From Eledone cirrhosa (lineage: Eukaryota), in contig OZ024745.1 of assembly GCA_964016885.1 (NCBI GenBank), positions 36,766,001 to 36,830,000 of the forward strand: DNA of 64,000 nucleotides, in the 5' to 3' direction. Shown here piece after piece: positions 28,801-40,860 of the stretch. How positions within the stretch are numbered: position 1 is the first letter of the stretch; each line of letters begins with the position of its first letter. The translations under genes and the position numbers were made by a program. The notes under the pieces were generated by a model that ran no database searches, was not told where the DNA came from, and worked only from the letters and a program-made list of their open reading frames with translations.

Positions 28801-31715
28801 CACATGTACACAGCTGGTACTCCGTCCTTATTCTGGGTAGTAATACACACATGTACACAGCTGGTACTCCCTTCTTCTTCTGGGTAGTAATACACACATG
28901 TACACAGCTGGTACTCCGTCCTTCTTCTGGGTAGTAATACACACATGTACACAGCTGGTACTCCCTTCTTCTGGGTAGTAATACACACATGTACACAGCT
29001 GGTACTCCCTTCTTCTGGGTAGTAGTACACACATGTACACAGCTGGTACTGCCTTCTTCTTCTGAGTAGTAATACACACATGTACACAGCTGGTACTCCG
29101 TCCTTCTTCTGGGTAGTAATACACACATGTACACATCTGGTACTCCCTTCTTCTTCTGGGTAGTAATACACACATGTACACAGCTGGTACTCCGTCCTTC
29201 TTCTGGGTAGTAATACACACATGTACACAGCTGGTACTCCCTTCTTCTTCTGGGTAGTAATACACACATGTACACAGCTGGTACTCCCTTCTTCTTCTGG
29301 GTAGTAATACACACATGTACACAGCTGGTACTCCCTTCTTCTTCTGAGTAGTAATACACACATGTACACATCTGGTACTCCTTTCTTCTTCTGGGTAGTA
29401 ATACACACATGTACACAGCTGGTACTCCCTTCTTCTTCTGGGTAGCAATACACACATGTACACAGCTGGTACTCCGTTCTTCTTCTGGGTAGTAATACAC
29501 ACATGTACACAGCTGGTACTCCGTTCTTCTTCTGGGTAGTAATACACACATGTACACAGCTGGTATCCCTTCTTCTTCTGAGTAGTAATACACACATGTA
29601 CACATCTGGTACTCCCTTCTTCTTCTGAGTAGTAATACACTCATGTACACAGCTGGTACTCCCTTCTTCTTCTGGGTAGTAATACACACATGTACACAGC
29701 TGGTACTCCCTTCTTCTTCTGGGTAGTAATACACACATGTACACAGCTGGTACTCCGTTCTTCTTCTGGGTAGTAATACACACATGTACACAGCTGGTAC
29801 TCCCTTCTTCTTCTGGGTAGTAATACACACATGTACACAGCTGGTACTCCCTTCTTCTTCTGGGTAGTAATACACACATGTACACAGTTGGTACTCCCTT
29901 CTTCTTCTGGGTAGTAATACACACATGTACACAGCTGGTACTCCCTTCTTCTTCTGAGTAGTAATACACACATGTACACATCTGGTACTCCCTTCTTCTT
30001 CTGAGTAGTAATACACACATGTACACAGCTGGTACTCCCTTCTTCTTCTGGGTAGTAATACACACATGTACACAGCTGGTACTCCCTTCTTCTTCTGGGT
30101 AGTAATACACACATGTACACATCTGGTACTCCCTTCTTCTTCTGAGTAGTAATACACACATGTACACAGCTGGTACTCCGTTCTTCTTGTAGTAATACAC
30201 ACATGTACACAGCTGGTACTCCCTTCTTCTTCTGAGTAGTAATACACACATGTACACAGCTGGTACTCCGTCCTTCTTCTGAGTAGTAATACACACATGT
30301 ACACATCTGGTACTCCCTTCTTCTTCTGAGTAGTAATACACACATGTACACAGCTGGTACTCCGTTCTTCTTGTAGTAATACACACATGTACACAGCTGG
30401 TACTCCCTTCTTCTTCTGAGTAGTAATACACACATGTACACAGCTGGTACTCCCTTCTTCTTCTGGGTAGTAATACACTCATGTACACAGCTGGTACTCC
30501 GTCCTTCTCCTGGGTAGTAATACACACATGTACACAACTGGTACTCCCTTCTTCTGGGTAGTAAAACACACATGTACACAGCTGGTACTCCCTTCTTCTT
30601 CTGGGTAGTAAAACACACATGTACACAGCTGGTACTCCCTTCTTCTTCTGGGTAGTAATACACACATGTACACAGCTGGTACTCCCTTCTTCTTCTGGGT
30701 AGTAATACACACATGTACACATCTGGTACTCCCTTCTTCTTCTGAGTAGTAATACACACATGTACACAGCTGGTACTCCGTTCTTCTTGTAGTAATACAC
30801 ACATGTACACAGCTGGTACTCCCTTCTTCTTCTGAGTAGTAATACACACATGTACACATCTGGTACTCCCTTCTTCTTCTGAGTAGTAATACACACATGT
30901 ACACAGCTGGTACTCCCTTCTTCTTCTGGGTAGTAATACACACATGTACACAGCTGGTACTCCCTTCTTCTTCTGGGTAGTAATACACACATGTACACAT
31001 CTGGTACTCCCTTCTTCTTCTGAGTAGTAATACACACATGTACACAGCTGGTACTCCGTTCTTCTTGTAGTAATACACACATGTACACAGCTGGTACTCC
31101 CTTCTTCTTCTGAGTAGTAATACACACATGTACACAGCTGGTACTCCGTCCTTCTTCTGAGTAGTAATACACACATGTACACATCTGGTACTCCCTTCTT
31201 CTTCTGAGTAGTAATACACACATGTACACAGCTGGTACTCCGTTCTTCTTGTAGTAATACACACATGTACACAGCTGGTACTCCCTTCTTCTTCTGAGTA
31301 GTAATACACACATGTACACAGCTGGTACTCCCTTCTTCTTCTGGGTAGTAATACACTCATGTACACAGCTGGTACTCCGTCCTTCTTCTGGGTAGTAATA
31401 CACACATGTACACAGCTGGTACTCCCTTCTTCTTCTGGGTAGTAATACACACATGTACACAGCTGGTACTCCGTCCTTCTCCTGGGTAGTAATACACACA
31501 TGTACACAACTGGTACTCCCTTCTTCTGGGTAGTAAAACACACATGTACACAGCTGGTACTCCCTTCTTCTTCTGGGTAGTAAAACACACATGTACACAG
31601 CTGGTACTCCCTTCTTCTTCTGGGTAGTAATACACACATGTACACAACTGGTACTCCCTTCTTCTTCTTCTGGGTAGTAATGCACACATGTACACAGCTG
31701 GTGCTCCGTCCTTCT
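25868..31715. repeat. 37/40-bp (occasionally 36/39/43-bp) minisatellite, about 150 units, ACACACATGTACACAGCTGGTACTCCCTTC(TTC)TTCTG(G/A)GTAGTAA(A/T)
   Basis: Direct reading; explains the 1964-, 1656-, 990- and 571-aa ORFs. Confidence 0.98.
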
Positions 31716-31969
31716 TTCCATTTGAAATGTTGTGCCTCTCTGTCATAGGCTTTCACTATCGTGAAAAGACACCAGCATGGCAAGTGCACCTATATACCAA
31801 TGGTACATTAACAAAGGGTGCAGCTAGTTGGGTGATTGAAAGTCGTAGCTGATCCTGACTGGACTTTACCTCCTGCATGGCCTCCTGATCGAGAAAGCTA
31901 CGGAAATGGAGAAGGTATTTGAAATATGGTGTGTATGTGTGTGTATATATATATGTGTGTGTGTATATA

Positions 31970-32002
<33 letters not shown>

Positions 32003-32084
32003 GGGGGGGGGGTGAATTTCATATAGATTATTGTACTGAAGTTTCGAAAAATAAGCTTTATGCATTTTCAAACATGTTTATATT

Positions 32085-32295
32085 CTTTCTAACGTTGGTG
32101 CAAAGCCAGTAATTTCGAGAAAGGGGATAGTATATATCAATCGTAGTTCTTACATTGTATTTCATTTTATTAATCCCGATAGGATGAAAGGCAAAGATGA
32201 CCTGGGTAAGATTTGAACTCAGAACTTAGAAAGTCATAACTAAATATCGCAAAGCATTTTGTCCGAGGTTTTACCGACACTGACAATACACCGTT
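32085..32295 (-). mobile_element. SINE family A copy
   Basis: ggatgaaaggcaaagatgacctgggtaagatttgaactcagaa. Confidence 0.7.
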
Positions 32296-33099
32296 CACAT
32301 TATAATTCTTCTCGTAAGATTGATTTCTTTGCCGTAATTTTATGCAATGTAAAAAACATTTACTTGCTTACAGAAGCAATTTTCAAAGTTGTTCGTTTCC
32401 AAGTTTTGATCAATTATATTTAATATATTTTTTTAAATCGCATGTATGTTTTGGTAAAACGTTTTAAGTCATGTGAAGGTAAATAACTTAACCGTTGGGC
32501 AGCAAATCCTTATAATATTGTCTACACTTTACTTTTTTAATTATATATATATATATATATATATGTATGTTTGTTTGTTGTTGTGGGGGGGGGGGGGGGG
32601 GGTTGCAGTTTGCTTGAAGCATTGTGGGATATGGAAATGGACGTTTTGGAACCCTCTACAATGCAGATGGGTAGATTTACCTATCTGCATTGTAGAGGCT
32701 TCCAAATGGACCATATACATACAAACATCACAGATACGAATTTCATTATCTATTGATAATTCACTTAAAGCGCCATCACAAATCATTTAACTGAAATCTA
32801 ATAATTATTCACCTGTAAGTAATATCATAACACAACACAAATGATAATCCTTGAACTAGCGTTAGCTTCTAATGACATGGAAAATTTAACCCAATCAAGC
32901 CATAATACTAAGTTTCGGAACATTAATACATCACAATCAACACTAACATGATTAATCAAAGATAACCAGTGCTAAGTAATAAAAAGACAAGTCGCTCCAG
33001 TACATCGGTTTGAAATTGTGATTTATAATATATATATATGCATAAAATAAGAGATGTGAACAAAATATATTTACACACTCACACACACACCTACGCGCG

Positions 33100-33131
<32 letters not shown>

Positions 33132-33167
33132 ACAATAATTTGTTACCCCGTATACATATATATATAT

Positions 33168-33310
33168 TTTTCTGAAGACGGCATATATATGTGTTTGGTA
33201 TGTATATTTAATTTTGATAGTTTGTATAATTTTGTATAATTTTGTACATAGATCTGTTGAATATGCATGCCAATTCTAACACATATATATCCTAGAAACG
33301 ATCGTTAAAT
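33168..33310 (+). ncRNA. Putative hammerhead ribozyme with a long (~115-nt) stem II
   Basis: ttt-CTGAAGA-c-gg-c-atatatatgtgtt...aacacatatatat-cc-ta-GAAAC-GATC-GTT^aaa; palindromic stem III ACGATCGT. Confidence 0.6.
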
Positions 33311-33370
33311 AATGAAGTTTTTTTGTTTAATATAAGGAACTGTTTCATTGTTTTATTCATTATTTTTTTA

Positions 33371-33423
<53 letters not shown>

Positions 33424-33424
<1 letters not shown>

Positions 33425-33803
33425 CGGGGTAACTAATTATTGTTATAGGTAGTCCCCTTAGGTGTAGTCCAGTTATGGTACTCCGGGTAGTGGATGATAG
33501 CAACGCTTGGCTAAGTTTGACTCAACAAGGCATTTCCATAGTGATGCAGCGAGTACGTTGTAATTCCTCTGTTGTAAACACTTGGAGTAATGATAAATCA
33601 GGAAAGAAGAGTGACACGGTTTGCTATACAAAAAAGGTTTTTAATCTCCTTGCTGACAATTGTTTCTCTGAACTGGTAGGTCTAGAGATCGCTACCCGCT
33701 TGTTTTCACGTTACTCGATCACCAATACAAAGTTATAACCAGTCAGTTCATCGGAGCTTGTGAGAATGCATTCTCACAAGCTCCGATGAACTGACTGGTT
33801 ATA
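33424..33803 (-). mobile_element. pLTR-like element with a terminal 70-bp perfect palindrome (33734-33803); family member at 56658-56935
   Basis: Bounded by (TA)n; shares ttgttataggta.tcc...tttgac.caacaag...ttccatagt.atgcagcgagt.cg...acttggagtaat with the 56.7-kb island. Confidence 0.75.
33652..33757 (-). ncRNA. Putative hammerhead ribozyme, CCGAUGA core variant, long stem II
   Basis: Minus strand: gct-CCGATGA-a-ctgactggt...accag(t)tcag-a-GAAAC-AATT-GTC^agc, then ATTAAA. Confidence 0.7.
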
Positions 33804-33811
33804 TATATTTA

Positions 33812-33853
<42 letters not shown>

Positions 33854-33897
33854 CTGACTGGTTATATATATATATATATATATATATATCCAGTCAG

Positions 33898-33965
<68 letters not shown>

Positions 33966-35010
33966 CAGTGGCGGACTTGGTCTAAACTATTGGTTACCAG
34001 GAGATGAAGGAGGCCCACCTACATACAGAATGCTATCATTTGATTTTTATAATCAATAAATAACATTTTCGAAAAATACATACGTGGAAACAAAACAGTT
34101 CAATCAAATTTTTGCGGGAAAATATCTTACCTTCTCCAATAAAAAATATTATGTATTTTGTGAAATCCAGAGATTTTCAATAATGACCAGAAGTCGACCC
34201 TAAATATTACTAATAGCTCCAGGAAAGCCATGAACGACACTACATCTTTTTAACTTTGATTTTGAAAGTAGGTTTATAATTATCAATTTTCATTGTACTT
34301 TTGTAGCTGTCTCGGTGGCCTAGTTGGAGGAATAATAGACATTGGTGATCCTGGTCTGAAGTTAGATCCTGGTCGGGAATAGGCTTCCCAATAAACCTCT
34401 TCAGTTTTTTTTTTATTGGTTGTAAAATAAAAACCGAAAAAGATTACATGTACCTCTTGACCAGGATTGAACCCAACGCCAGGATCTCTACCGTCTCTAG
34501 TACGTACCGATAGGCCACAGAGACAACTACAAAGTTATTATGAAAATTCCTACTTATAAACCTACTTTCAAAATTTTAAAAATAAAGTGTTGTGTCATTC
34601 ATATCTTTCTTAATGTTATTGATCCTACTTAAGGTCGACTTCTAAATCATTTGGGTGTTCTATAAACTACATCCTCCTTTTGTTTCACATCTATCTAGAC
34701 TATATTTTAACCTGTAATCCATATTTCATTTCTGATGCACCTCATTTCTTCCCATCCCCTCTCTCTCTCTCTATGTCTTTCTCTCTGTGATAATTGCATC
34801 TACTATGATTTCTAGTAACTCCCTGGGGAATTGGTTGACCAAATGCTTTGTTTAATTGTTTTATTTATTTTTTGAAAAATCTTATTCTTTCTCTTTTTTT
34901 TTTTAAAGCAAAGCATTACCTCCTAAAATACTAAAGTGAGCCCTGCAATGCTGCCGTGAGCCACCTGGGGCCCACTTGACATTGGGCAACCTGGCAACCT
35001 GGCCGTCCGC

Positions 35011-35015
<5 letters not shown>
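33966..35015. mobile_element. Non-autonomous hAT-like DNA transposon (1050 bp) with two internal convergent tRNA-like cassettes
   Basis: TIRs CAGTGGCGGAC / GTCCGCCACTA (10 of 11 match); (TA)n on both sides; internal inverted repeat 34189-34380 / 34454-34643. Confidence 0.7.
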
Positions 35016-35062
<47 letters not shown>

Positions 35063-35187
35063 CATACATATGTGTATGAATGAATATATGTATACATACA
35101 AATATATATATATATGCATATAGATAGTACGCATAATATATTATATACTGTATATATAAATACAACGTATATATGTAGGTGTAGGTG

Positions 35188-35243
<56 letters not shown>

Positions 35244-35248
<5 letters not shown>

Positions 35249-35467
35249 GCGGACTGGCCAGGTTGCCAGGTTGCCCAATGTCAAGTGGGCCCCAGGTGGC
35301 TCACGGTAACATTGCAGGGCTCACTTTAGTATTTTAGGAGGTAATGCTTTGCTTTAAAAAAAAAAAGAGAAAGAATAAGATTTTTCAAAAAATAAATAAA
35401 ACAATTAAACAAAGCATTTGGTCAACCAATTCCCCAGGGAGTTACTAGAAATCATAGTAGATGCAAC
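35244..35467. repeat. Inverted near-identical duplicate of the transposon right end (34793-35015)
   Basis: Reverse-complement match with few substitutions; followed by 3 tandem copies of tagtagatgcaactatac. Confidence 0.9.
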
Positions 35468-35574
35468 TATACTAGTAGATGCAACTATACATAGTAGATG
35501 CAACTATACTATGAAATATGTTTAATAAAATATATTTGATCACATGAATGTCTATATTTATTAATATTTTGAAG

Positions 35575-35613
<39 letters not shown>

Positions 35614-36289
35614 AATATGGGCCTGTATGCTAGCATACATATACACATACATAACACAATTACAAACATCCAATTGTCTAGTAAGTCGTGAAAAAAGGGA
35701 ATGAACAAACAATTTTAAAGTAAAATCAAATACAAATGAATAAATAAAAGTACATAAATTTTAACATGATATAAAGACGTAAACTTGAGAAAAGACAAAA
35801 CATCTACTGGCGGGTTTATAAAAATCATTGATGTGTTATTTATCAGTGGATCGCATGTGATATCCTTATAGGATATCAGTATACCCAGTGGCATATCACA
35901 TATCATATTCACATGTTCAGATATATTATTACCTATTTTTTGTAAAGTAAATACGTTCATTGTCTATTGTTCATTTTCTTCTTTGCATGAAAACAAAACA
36001 GCATGGAAAAACAAAGATATATCTGGGCTAATTAATGCTGAGTTGTCATTGTTCATATATGTATATATACATATATATATTCACATATATATATGTGTGT
36101 GTGTGTGTAAATACACGTGCAAGTAGGATCGAAGTTACTATTGCAATATATATATATATATATACAATCTTTATTAGCATATTACGATCATTTCAATATC
36201 GATCAACTCAGAGTACAATCATAATGACCAGGGCCCGATTTTTCCTCAACATCTCATCAGATATAAGAGTTTATATGTTCAAAGTTATT

Positions 36290-36900
36290 TTTGTTTGTTT
36301 TTTTAGCACTATTCTTCTCGGTGATGCTGAAACGTGCCTTCAATTTCTAACTAGTTCCGGACAATTCAACCATAACGATTCAAAGTTAAGACACATCTAC
36401 GGATCAGCATCATTTATAATTTTTGCAGGTGACATTTCACCTGCAAATCTTTAGAGGAAGCCCAGGAAAACGTAAACAATTTTTCTGTGGCAAGTATAGC
36501 CTTCAGGCTTACCATCAGCATAAAGAAAACAGAGAGGAACCACCAGCCATGCTCTATGCCTGAACAACTACAAAGTGTCAAACAGAAACTGTAAGTTCAC
36601 CAGTTTTCAGATACCTTAATAAACCTCAAGTATGAGAAATCGTTCATATATCTTAGCAGTATGATGGACTCAAATGCATCTCTTGAAAATAAGATAATCG
36701 TATAAGGAAAGCCACGAGTACGTGTGGCAGCTCCATCACCACCTTTGGAATAAGAGGAGCATAAAACTGGTCACCATGATACCGGTTTATAAATCTGTTG
36801 TATTGACCACACACTTATATGAATCAGAATCTTGAACTCCATATAGGTTACACAACAACCAATAGGTCGTCTTTCATAAAGGTTGTCTTCGCGCAAGCTG
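36290..36900 (+). mobile_element. Degenerate RTE/BovB-like RT fragment
   Basis: QFLTSSGQFNH..SK...IIFAGD; LTISIKKTE; SFIYLSS...SNASLEN; VYKSVVLTT.LYESES. Confidence 0.65.
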
Positions 36901-37537
36901 AAAACTAATCTTTTAGCAATCAATATACTTTATAATATATTAAAGTAAATGTCCTTGCAGGGGAAGAACTGGAGATCTATGTCTCATAATGGGATCAAGA
37001 AATTCGAGTTGGCTACAAGAAACATGGGGGAAGAGATAAGCATTATCAAATATAGCAGCAAAATTATCCTGTAAACCTCAGCCTTGCATAATCTGTGGAC
37101 ATCATAACCATCACGATAACCACGAGAGAACAGTGGAGTCTTTATGTAGTTGTTCTTGATAGGAATAGAAACGAAATCTCTTTTAAATCAGGCTCGACTA
37201 AAGGTCTGAATCAAAGAAAGTATGGTCAGGAACGATACATTTTTTACTAAAAGAACATTTGCTTGATCTGGGTTGGCAAAGGGTGGCTAAGCAATAACTC
37301 CAATGTTTCTACCATAATAATCTTCTCTATCATCATTTACATCATCAATACTATCAGGAAAATTATTATTCTCATCAACATAAGCCGTTGCCATGACGTT
37401 GAATTTGTCTTGGTAACAACGGTGATTATAATATTGCTGCTGCTGGTGATGAAGATGATTGTGGTAGCGGTGATGAGGGTAGTGATGATAATGGCACAAC
37501 GTAAAATATTTTGCCAATGACTGAGCTATATATGTGC

Positions 37538-37599
<62 letters not shown>

Positions 37600-37616
37600 C
37601 TGTATATATATATATA

Positions 37617-38412
37617 TTGTTATACTTTGGGAGGGTCATGTTGCCAGTAAGAATCATACGCACCAGTTGCTTTCACTTCAATTTATTATAAATATTATAA
37701 ATTTTATAAACATAAATTTCATAAATTTTATAAATTTCCGGTTGGTTGGTTGGTTCCACAACTGGATGGTTGTTCATATATTGTCAAAGTTCTTTCATCA
37801 CACATTCTGTGACCTCTTCAGTGAGTGGGGATTCTTTTCTTTGTTTTGTGCCTCTCCTTTGTTCTGTCCTACGCCATCTTGTTTTTGTGTGTGTTGTGTG
37901 CTTGGTTTGCGCATGTGTTACATCCGGGTGTTTGTGTGTATTTTGTATTTGTTTATTTATTTGTTTATTTAGATGTTACTAGTTAGTTGTTTGTTCTATG
38001 TGTGTGTTTTCATTTTGTCCTTAATTATAAGTTGTGATATTGCTATTCCATTCATGTTTTCTATTTAATTTTGGTTGGAGTTCATTTATGTTTATTGCCT
38101 CTGTGATTTGTCTAAGCATTGCGTCTTTTCTGTGTGTATATTCTATTTTTATCTCTGTTCTCTAATTTGCCCTTATGTTCTATTTTAACATGTTGGTGGA
38201 GTATTGATGAGTCTCTTCTATGCTGGAGTTCTCGCCAGTGTTCATTTAATCGTTCTCCTATGCTACGAGCTGTCTCACCTATGTACATTATATTCTTATT
38301 TTTACATTGTCCCTCAGTACATCTTATGCTATATATATATGTTTCTAGTTTTACAGTTAATATGGGGGCATAGCTTACAGATTATGCATTTCCTATCTAT
38401 ACAGGGAATTCT
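37617..38412 (-). mobile_element. 5'-truncated Penelope-like element (second family): Cys linker, GIY-YIG endonuclease and pLTR
   Basis: Frameshifted minus-strand translation PCIDRKCIICKLCPHINCKTRN.IYSIRCTEGQC...MYIGETARSIGERLNEH...LHQH...RQITEAININELQPKLNRKHEW; 3' end abuts (TA)n. Confidence 0.85.
37784..37824 (-). ncRNA. Putative minimal hammerhead ribozyme in the PLE pLTR
   Basis: Minus strand: tca-CTGAAGA-g-gtcaca-gaatg-tgtgat-GAAAG-AA-CTT^tga. Confidence 0.55.
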
Positions 38413-38456
38413 TTGAAAAGGGTCACTAATTAGTAATACATACCATTTTCAAAGAC

Positions 38457-38805
38457 CTCGTAGCATAGGAGAAAGACTAAATGAACACTGGTGAGAACTC
38501 CAACATAGAAAAGACTCATCATTACTCCACCAACATGCTAAAATAGAACATAAGGGCAAATTAGAGAACATAGAGATAAAAATAGAATCTACACAACCAA
38601 CCGGAAATTTATAAAATTTATGAAATTTATATTTATAAAATTTATAAAATTTATAATAAATTGAAGTGAAAGCAATTGGTGCGTGTGTTTCTTATTGGCA
38701 ATATGACCCTCCCAAAGTATAACAATATTGGTTTCAACACACGTTTCAGGTCATATTGCCAATAAGAAACACACGCACCAATTGCTTTCACTTCAATTTA
38801 TTATA

Positions 38806-38810
<5 letters not shown>
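38457..38810. repeat. Inverted, internally deleted copy of the 37617-38270 PLE segment (38457-38727) plus a third short copy (38748-38810)
   Basis: Reverse-complement matches to the GIY-YIG part and to the pLTR end. Confidence 0.85.
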
Positions 38811-38855
<45 letters not shown>

Positions 38856-38864
38856 GTATATATG

Positions 38865-39019
<155 letters not shown>

Positions 39020-40024
39020 TTATATATATATATGTATGTATGTATGTGTGTATGAATGTATGTATGTATGCATGTAAATGTATATATCCTACTTTAGAAA
39101 TATATTTTCCGGTGTCAATGGGGAAGGAAATGAAACCAAAATAAAAACAATAACAGCAACAACACTAATATCAACGAAATGTTTTTTTGAAGTTTAAAAA
39201 ATGTTCAGAAACATGCTGATGGCTAATATCAGTACATTTTATATTTAATGATCTAAGAATCTTTTCGCATAACTGTTGCTAAATGGTATCTTTGAAGTAT
39301 TTTCTGGAATATGATGGGAGAGAAAAGGTGAATTGAGTGAGGAGGTACCAAAAATGCCGGTACTTTTGTAGATTGAAACTAGAATTGTTGTTGTTGTTCT
39401 TGTTTTCGTAGTTGTTGCTGTTGTTGAAATTTTGCATAATTTTATTGGTAATCAATATAGATTGACCAATGTAGAGGACATGCTCTCTGTGAAATTATGT
39501 TTGGCACCTTCTCTCTCTTTCATTTCATCATCATCCTTATCATCATCTTCATTATCACCCCAACTGCTATCATATATGCAATTCTGCGTGCTTTCGAAAG
39601 ATACCCTAGAAATGGAGGCAAAATGTAATATTCAACTTTAGAAACTTCAAATGAAGTTGATACTGAATATCATTCTTAATTTTGTAAGATTATCATCACG
39701 TTAATAGTGCAATTAAAGAACAATTCATCTTCCACATCATCCTTCTTCTCATCGTCATCATCATCATCTCGTATTGTCTGTTCTCAGCATGGATCGCTCA
39801 AATACTACTCATAGCTGACTGAGAATATTACATCGTGGGGCTCCAATCCCTTCTGTACTGGTTGGTAAGCAATGGTGGGATTTGAATACTTAAAGACGGA
39901 ACAAATTCCTCAAGAGATGCTGTCAATCAGATGCAGCCACTTTTTCCAGGATCTTCATCTCTCACCCCACCTCGCTAGTTCATCATGGCTTGTCTTACAC
40001 CCATTGTCCTTCTTCTTTAGTTCC

Positions 40025-40270
40025 TATTGCTCCCTTTGGATGATAAGGCGCAAGAGACCTCCATTTTGCACGATTTCAAGCTCTGTCGCGAGCCTGCTTC
40101 GAGGACAAGCTCATATTTGCATTTTTTTCTTCCGCAGACCTCAACCAGTCATTGCAGGTATTCCTTGTATCCATTAATGGATACAAATTCAATTAGACCA
40201 CCAACCATATCGAATACACCAGTTTGGGACGTGAGATTCTGAAGGAGACGATCGGCCCTCCGTGCCCAAC
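40025..40270 (-). mobile_element. Degenerate RTE 3' end
   Basis: VGH...RISRPKL...ARDRA*NRAKWRSLAPYHPKGA. Confidence 0.45.
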
Positions 40271-40650
40271 TAAAATTTTCTCTCAACAAAAAAATCTATC
40301 AGTTCCTGTTGGTTCCGATTTTTCGTCATTTTGTTTAAACAATCTAAAATATCGATTACACCTAGTAATGATTTAGCAGTCAATTGTATTAACATTTACT
40401 AGAAACATATAGTTGTGAAACCTTGTAATAATAAAGGAAAGATGCTCATTTTTGTGTGGTAGGGGGATATTGTATTGTTGTATACATTTCTAACATGTAA
40501 CATGAAAAGCCGGTTCCATAACTTTTAAGAGATATAAGTCTAACTAACTGAAATGAATTGTTTTAAATAAAATTATAAGTTTTCAGACTATTACTCTCAT
40601 CTTTAGAGATGAACATTATTTTGATATTTCCCTCTATCCGTTTAAATAGT

Positions 40651-40860
40651 GGTGGCACGTGACCTAGTGATAAGGGTGTTGAACTTACGATCATAAAGTC
40701 GTTGGTTCGATTCCTGGGCTGTTTTGTGTTCTTGAGCAAAACACTTCATTTCACGTTACTCTAGTATGCTCAGCTGAAAATGAGCACCTGTAATAGCTGG
40801 GGGTTTAACCTTGCGATGGACTAACGTCTTGTCTAGAGGATAAGAAACCTGGATAAGCCT
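40651..40860 (+). mobile_element. tRNA-derived SINE, family C, with a V-SINE-like 3' part
   Basis: A box TGACCTAGTGA, B box GGTTCGATTCC, gtgttcttgagcaaaacactt, cttgcgatggactaacgtcttgtctagagg. Confidence 0.7.

Noticed and set aside
25868-31715. CRISPR-like array (37-40-bp repeats)
   Set aside because: Units are head-to-tail with no unique spacers, there are no cas genes, and the context is eukaryotic.
25508-31789. ORFs of 1964, 1656, 990, 571 and 436 aa, rich in Cys and Tyr
   Set aside because: They are translations of a 37/40-bp minisatellite. The unit length is 1 mod 3, so all frames cycle through the same peptides, and there is no sign of codon-level constraint.
33475-33738. Apparent small conserved protein shared with ORF 56716-57132 (LTQQ..SIVMQRVR)
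   Set aside because: The similarity follows from nucleotide homology of two repeat copies. The HHR and poly(A) signal indicate the opposite strand is sense, and the starts and ends are not conserved.
34309-34524. Genuine tRNA genes
   Set aside because: A and B boxes are present but I cannot form a cloverleaf or an anticodon arm, so they are treated as tRNA-like cassettes.
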